Source of the DNA: Macrostomum lignano
Lineage: Eukaryota
DNA length: 64,000 nt
NCBI GenBank assembly: GCA_002269645.1
Contig: NIVC01001648.1
Coordinates: forward strand, 32,544-96,543
Reading direction: 5' to 3'
Part shown: piece by piece, positions 61,223-64,000 of the stretch
Numbering within the stretch: the first letter of the stretch is position 1
Layout of the letters: each line of letters opens with the position of its first letter
Made by a program: the position numbers and the translations under genes
Notes under the pieces: generated by a model
The model's input: the letters and a program-made list of their open reading frames with translations, nothing else
Database searches by the model: none
What the model was told of the DNA's origin: nothing

Positions 61223-63067
61223 CCAACAAGGCCACACCGCAGTTCAGCACCGGTGAGCAGAGGAGCGGCTAGGCTGGAACGGGCGCCACCCCGGCCGGTT
61301 ATTGTCTAGTCAGCTGCTTCCAGAAGCAGCGAGCTGCCAATTTCCGATTCAATCCAATCGAGTGGACTCTCGGGCCCCCACCCGCGCCTCCGCTTCATCG
61401 CTTGGAAAGATTCTGAGAGCGGAGGGGAGATAAAATCGGCCCCTTGAAACTCAGGCCTCAGCCACTCCATCGCCCAGTCGCAGTCGACAAAAAAAAAGTC
61501 CAAAGGTAAACTCGCAGGGCTCTCGAGCAGCTTAATTGGCTGATAATAATTATTGATTTTTGCCCCACCGGAGAGCGGAGGGTCGGACTGGCTGGTGGTA
61601 AAGTTTTGTTAGGATAAGCTCCAAACACTTGATAGGGTGAGCTGGGGACAGCAGGGGTCTCAACTCCCACCATGCCGCCTCTCGATGCAGCAACTTCAAA
61701 GCAACTTCATTTCTGGGATTTCATCTCCTTTCAGCTGGAGCCAAAAAGCATTTCTTTGCATCCCACAAATGATGAGCTCAGATTTCCCTGATGAGGAGTT
61801 GTTGGAGAATGAGAATTAACAAGGCAGCAGCACCTTTCCTGCGGCAGAGCCAGTTTCCCAGCCAGCTGGCCAAAACTGCATGAGCAGAATCTGCTGTTCC
61901 TGACCTTTTTGTAGAGCTAAATTGCATTGTTAACAGTTGGCCGCCTCTCTGATATGCCCAAGGCAGGCAACTTCTGACACTTTTTTGATGCTGCGGAGAA
62001 AAAGTGCCTAGAGAAGTTCTGCTCCATCTCTGAAGTCGCTCAGTTTTTTGCTCTCTGGCAGGGTACGGACCAGCCGCTTCCGTCAAGGAGTCTGGGGCTG
62101 CGTAAACACGGATCCGCTCACTCCAGGCTAAGGTGCTTTAAGCCTCTGCTGATGCCTGAGAGTTGTCACTCTGCCACTCCAGCTCAGAGGTAGCTGCTTG
62201 CTCTGCTCAAGTGGCCGTGTTTTTATTCTTGCCAGCAGACACCCTCTTACTCAGAATTTACCCGATCTAACGCACTGGGAAATTGCGAGAGGGAAGTCGA
62301 CATCAGAATTTAAGTAGTCGGTTCAGAGCTTCTCAGCATGGGCACAGAACGGGGAACTATTTGACAAATTGGCCCATTTTGCTTTATCCCGCCCCCTCAT
62401 CTCCACCTGCAAACCCCGCGCCTCAAACAGCACCCGGGCGTGGCCCCCGGTTCTCCCTCAGGTACGCAGAGAAGTCAGACAAAATTAGGCTTGGCGACAA
62501 AGGAGAGCCCGCGCTCTGCCAAACAGTATTTGGTTTCCTCCTTGGGCCGCGGCTTCTCGTCGCTAGGAAGCTGAGCTTGGCGGCGAGGCGGGGCTGGGGG
62601 GTCACAGGGGCGCTTGAGAGACCTGTTGCCACTCGGCAAATTCCGTGACAGAAGCATCTGAATGATCAGCTCCGCGGAAGCGGTACACGGAAAGACAGCG
62701 TAGCGCTAGCTTGGAGGCTGTTCAACTTCGCCGTTTTTGTTGTCGTTCTGCTTCATTTGCAGCGAGGGACTCCAAAACGATACGTTTATTATTTGCCCGT
62801 GTTCGGCGTAGAAAAAAGAGCCCATTTTGTCTTAAAGGATATCGCATGACCAAATCAGTCAGACCAAGCGCATCAATCGGAGCCGATGGACAGGCGGTCG
62901 TTCGTTTGCCTTTCGCTTTGGGGGAAACAGCTCAGCTTGCGGTTGTAGCAGGGCTTCAGCCTTCTTATTTTGCTTGGCACAGAGTCGAGACCTTAAGCGA
63001 AGCACTTTTATTGCTTCATTCCCAACCCAAATGCCCAACCAACCACCCCAATCCGCGAAGATTTCAA

Positions 63068-63275
63068 ATAACACCCAAACCACGCCGCGGACGCTTTAAA
63101 TAACACCCAACCCACGCCGTGGATGCTTCAAATAACACCCACCCCACGCCACGGACGCTTTAAATAACACCCACCCACGCCGCGGACGCTTCAAATAACA
63201 CCCACCCCACGCCGCGGACGCTTCAAATAACACCCACCCCACGCCGCGGACTCTTCAAATAACACCCACCCACGC
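63068..63275 (+). repeat. 31-32-bp repeat CAAATAACACCCACCCCACGCCGCGGACGCTT
   Basis: About 6 units upstream of the protocadherin ATG. Confidence 0.9.
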
Positions 63276-63422
63276 AACAAAGTTAGGCTCTGTCTTTCCC
63301 ATGGCACCACTTGTTACTGTATATAATGTTGAACATAAGCTTCCACAGGAAATTACAGTTCATTAAAACAAAAATGCTCACACAGCGCCCGACCGAGTGC
63401 CCAGAAGCAGAACAACGACGCG

Positions 63423-64000
63423 ATGCCGGCGTCTCCGTTGCTTTTGCTGCTTGCTTTGCTGCCATGGCCGGCGATACAAGCCCGGTACAACGTGAGCTAT
63501 TCAGTTGCCGAGGAGACGGACGGGCCGCTAATTATTGGAGACCTTGTGGCCGACCTGCGGCTGGGCGACCAGCTCAGCCAGGCGGCTCTGACTCGCCGTT
63601 CTGTGGAATTTCTTCTGCACCGGCCCGACTTCCGGCAGCACTTTCGGTGAAAAAATCGATAGGCGGACATGGCAACGGCGCTGCGATTCGCTACGACCTG
63701 ACGCTGGTACGCCGGCTCGACCGGGAGGCCGTCTGTCCGGACTCGGACACGGCTGACTGCCAACTGATGCTGAGCTGCATCCTGAAACCGCTCGAGGAGC
63801 CCATGTTGGTGTTCAGCGTTCGGATCAGCGTCCTGGACGTAAACGATCACTCGCCGGTGTTCGAGCCACCGCGACACCGACTGCAGTTCAGCGAGGCCGA
63901 TCCGCCGGGCACCAGGCGGGCGATTCCGCACGCCACGGACGCCGACAGCGGCCGGAAACGCCCGCCTCGCCTACTCGCTGGTGGAAACGTCGCCAACAGA
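63423..64000 (+). CDS. Protocadherin-like cadherin, 5' part (signal peptide, EC1, start of EC2); two apparent 1-nt frameshifts; truncated by window end
   Basis: Signal peptide MPASPLLLLLALLPWPAIQA, then YSVAEE..G.LIIGDL. After a shift near 63644 it reads LDRE...C..C...VLDVNDHSPVF...FSEADPPGT...ATDADSG. After a shift near 63956 it reads NARLAYSL. Confidence 0.85.

Overview
Repeat-dense metazoan genomic DNA with GC-rich exons and introns filled with many different mini- and microsatellites. The style suggests a free-living flatworm such as Macrostomum, but that is inference only. No prokaryotic features, rRNA, true tRNA or CRISPR were found. I reconstructed four spliced protein genes by hand from GT-AG boundaries and phase continuity. 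(1) A FARP/Cdep-like FERM gene on the minus strand, 7 exons from 15389 down to 2509, apparently continuing off the left edge. (2) A complete Golgi-type GH38 class II alpha-mannosidase, join(18002..19404,19667..20027,20760..21338,22298..22783,23607..24203), 1141 aa. (3) A Src-family kinase, join(29973..30517,35045..35143,43077..43179,49188..49765,50336..50839,51422..51430), with a 1-nt homopolymer frameshift in its SH2 exon. (4) The 5' part of a protocadherin from 63423, with two homopolymer frameshifts. Most long ORFs in the track are repeat artefacts. The most notable non-coding observations are mutually inverted minisatellites flanking a symmetric mannosidase exon, sense-strand CAG|GT splice-site arrays in four of five Src introns, a tRNA-derived SINE with a 16-bp TSD whose body motif recurs at the edge of a 1-kb minisatellite, a STAT/GAS-motif cluster, hairpin-unit arrays, and cryptic RING-like and GTPase-like reading frames between the mannosidase and Src genes.
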